NCBI RefSeq assembly: GCF_016433145.1
Contig: NC_058130.1
Location: 417,088,228 to 417,152,227 of the forward strand
Length of the DNA stretch: 64,000 nt
Reading direction: 5' to 3'
Origin: Gracilinanus agilis
Taxonomy: Eukaryota
Position numbers and translations under genes: made by a program. Below the pieces are notes generated by a model. The model saw nothing but the letters and a program-made list of their open reading frames with translations, was not told the DNA's origin and searched no databases. Shown here in pieces: positions 61,010 through 64,000 of the stretch (its first letter is position 1; each line of letters starts with the position of its first letter).

Positions 61010-61321
61010 TCCAATGACAACAGAGATCCCAGATAACACTGACACTATAAGAACTACTTAACTGCTATCTGAAATAGCAAGTCTCTCAGTTGAAATTCCT
61101 GATCACAAATCTAGCATTCAAACCAGGGATTCCATGAGGATCAAGGAATCCTCACAATTCCTTTATGGAAAATACTTTGTAATCACAAAACATTTAAACA
61201 AATACATTATTGTAGGAACTATTTAATTAAGCTAAGGCATCATCTACTGGCCCCTCTTTCAGATAGCAGTTAAGTAATTCTTACAGTGTCAGTGTTATCA
61301 GAGATCTCTGTTGTCATTGGA
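61010..61321. repeat. Long inverted repeat: 65-bp arms (61010-61074, 61257-61321), 182-bp spacer
   Basis: The left arm equals the reverse complement of the right arm at 61 of 65 positions (hand alignment). Confidence 0.93.
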
Positions 61322-64000
61322 CTGTCTCTTAACCATTCTGTACTCTAATTTTTTATCTGTAAAATGAGGAAATAGAGTTCTCTGGCCTCTAAGATTTCTT
61401 CCAATTCTAATGTAAGATTCTATGAGCTATGGTTCTCCAATTCTATTATCCATATTTCACAGATACACAAATTGGTATTCTTACTATGGGACAGGTCCAA
61501 GCCATACAACTAAAGAGATGTAGAGTCAGAACATAAACTCACGTGTTATGTCTTTTCTTCTAAAATGTACAGTTTTCTCACTACTGAAAGTAACTCCGAA
61601 GGCACCACTTTGTGCATTTGTGTTATACCTGTATGAAGTTTTCTTCCTACCATGATAACTTCATGTAAGCTGCAGAACAAGTCAGTGCAATCAGACAGGA
61701 AGATTTAACTTTAAAATTCCTAGCTAAGGTCACAATGTACGGAAGCATGAGAAGGGAACTTGTCTATTTATTTCCAATTACTGAGGAATGGCAAGAAAAA
61801 TCTGTCCTCCAATATTCTTGTACCCCAGCTGGTCTAAAGCTTTGTGGGACATGACATCAAGGACCATTAATGCCAGGAGCATTTTTGTTTCTAGGAGATG
61901 TGACAAAATGTCTCACTCTGCCAGTTGCTTTTGGCTCAGCTGCTCCTTGCTAGTTGTGCTTCAATTTGTCTTTTCATTTTAGATTTCAGTCTCCCTTTTT
62001 TCCATTATACTGAGTAATATATGACTCTGAATGATGTGTGTAATGGGAAACTGATGTTATGTGTGTACTTTATTGACACAGCTGACAAAAAAAGGCTTAG
62101 CCTACATCTCTAAGTAGTGTAATTTATTGTTCACTATCCCCCACTCACCCACATATAAAGTAAATGAGAGAAAGGGAACAAAGAATTGTAATATTGCTCT
62201 TTCCTTGAACACTTAAAAACAAAAAAGAAAATCATTAAAGTTAAGAAAGCAGTTTTTTTTTTCTCGTTGGGCTCTTACTCTTGAGAAGTGGGGTCCCATT
62301 CCTGAGTAGCTAGCTATTTATTGGCTTTTTGGAGGCCCTCTTCTTACCACAACACCCTGGGGACTCTGAAATCTTCATCAAGGCAGCCAAGGAAAGAGAC
62401 ACTAGCCTATAAGATGGACATTTTTGTTTTCTTCCCCAAAGAAAGAAAAGGGGATGAAGGCATCATTGAACCTTCTCAACACAAAATGCTCCTCCTAACC
62501 CTATTGTGTCATATGGATAATAATGATAATCTGGTAGGAGGAATCTTTCAAAAATACGAACTAGACCAAACTTTGATGTGAGCATTATGGGCTGTGGCTA
62601 AAGTCCATCAACTAGCAAACAGTCATCACCAATAAGCTAATTGGCACATTGTGCCAATGAAGAAACTTCTGTTTTCAGATTAATGGCTTGTTTATTTAAC
62701 TATCTGCATTGAGGTTTGAAAAAAAAAGAATGGAGATGAAAATAAACAAATGACAATAATTAACCTTGGGAATTAAAGGGGTAAATACTAGCAGATTAAA
62801 TCATTTTGCTAACTCAATAAACACTGCTTTGATATGCTAACTGCCCTAATGAAGATAGTGCCAATCAACAAAAAGAATAAAGCTTTAGATTCATTTAGTT
62901 GAGAGAACTGTCTACCTACAAATATGTTGACTTTTGAGAGGCCTGAGTTGGGTGTCTAATATTAGCCTATGCTGATACTTGAATATTTGTGTGAATGTTT
63001 TGAAGAAGGGAAGGTACTTACTTTCTAATCTGCAGAGATAGCCAGTATAGACAAATATTTTGTTTAGACAATAATATTAGAAAGACTGTTTCTTGATGAA
63101 ACAATGAGTAATTTCTTAAACAGGACATTCCATACAAGAGTAGAAAAAGCAGGTTGTCATTCACTACAAAACCACAAATCCTCAGCTATAGGAACTAAAT
63201 AGTGTAGGCACGCTTTGCTCTTCACAAGACTTCTCCTTTCTGTCTATTTTAATTCTATCATTCTTCAAGGCTGAGTTCTAATGATATAAAGAGCTTTTCC
63301 CTGACTGAGTCAACATAAAATGAGTCTAGAACTTTATTTCCTCTATCTTTAGTTATCTGTGTAATAAAGGTAACAATGGTGAATTCCAAACATCGATATA
63401 ATTCACTTTAATTCAATGAGTATTTATTACTATCTGTAAATCACTGTCAAAAGCTCTGAAGATACAAAGATAAAGATGGGAAATAGTCTGCCAAAAAAAG
63501 GTTCTTACACTCTAATGAAGGATATGATAGGTAAGCAATAACTTCAGAAGGGTGTAAACTGTAACAATTAGGGGAATTTGAGAAAGTAGGAGGAGTTCTG
63601 AAGACAATTATGAAGGAGGCAAAGTATTCCAAGTAAAACAGTAAGGAAGGAATGCATTTTAATCATAGAGAAAAGTCATGCAACCCTCTTGAGGTTGAAT
63701 ACTAAATGTTGAATCTGAGTAATGATAAATATGCTAATTCTTTTGAAAGGTAGAAATGCATTAAGAAGAACACTATGAAATAAGTAAAGATAAATAATTG
63801 AAATCAGTATGAAATAAGTAATCTATCTAATTTTAAGGATTTTAAATACCAAACAGATTAAGGCAAGACATTTTTCCACATAAGAAGTGACCATGAAAAA
63901 AAATTCTCAAAAAATTTCTAACTTAAGCACTGAGGATGTGATAGACAATCAGCTCAAAATTAAAGGCAAGGCATCTCAGTCAGAAGAGAATTAACAGTTG

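Noticed and set aside
61778-61882. Minus-strand 34-aa smORF MLLALMVLDVMSHKALDQLGYKNIGGQIFLAIPQ with A at -3
   Set aside because: Within chance length, with no homology or expression evidence.
63774-63821. 14-bp direct repeat TATGAAATAAGTAA
   Set aside because: An AT-rich local slippage duplication with no element between the copies.

Overview
AT-rich, CpG-poor, repeat-dominated mammalian DNA. The young tRNA/CORE SINEs (SINE1_Mdo-type), MAR1-type SINEs and marsupial L1s point to a didelphid marsupial, most likely the opossum Monodelphis domestica; this is inferred from remembered repeat consensus shapes, not from a search. I recognise no host protein-coding exon, tRNA, rRNA or CRISPR array, so the window looks intronic or intergenic, and nearly all non-TE ORFs in the track look like chance. 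There are three N-gaps. Most notable: (1) a TSD-flanked, both-ends-intact L1 (2687-5031) whose ORF1 is fused in frame to the post-RT part of ORF2 by a deletion of about 3.4 kb; (2) a decayed class I-like provirus rebuilt on the minus strand (17281-27614) with paired LTRs, PBS-like site, PPT-like tract and an integrase remnant lacking its catalytic core, with nested L1, LTR and hAT MITE insertions; (3) an unexplained 65-bp, 94%-identical inverted repeat pair (61010-61321); (4) a CpG-retaining TATA/NF-kB/AP-1/RUNX cluster with a splice donor (about 50.8-51.1 kb); (5) a diverged ~200-bp direct duplication (52.2 and 52.9 kb). Nothing here is demonstrably a new biological system. All identities are hand counts, and old-repeat boundaries are approximate.
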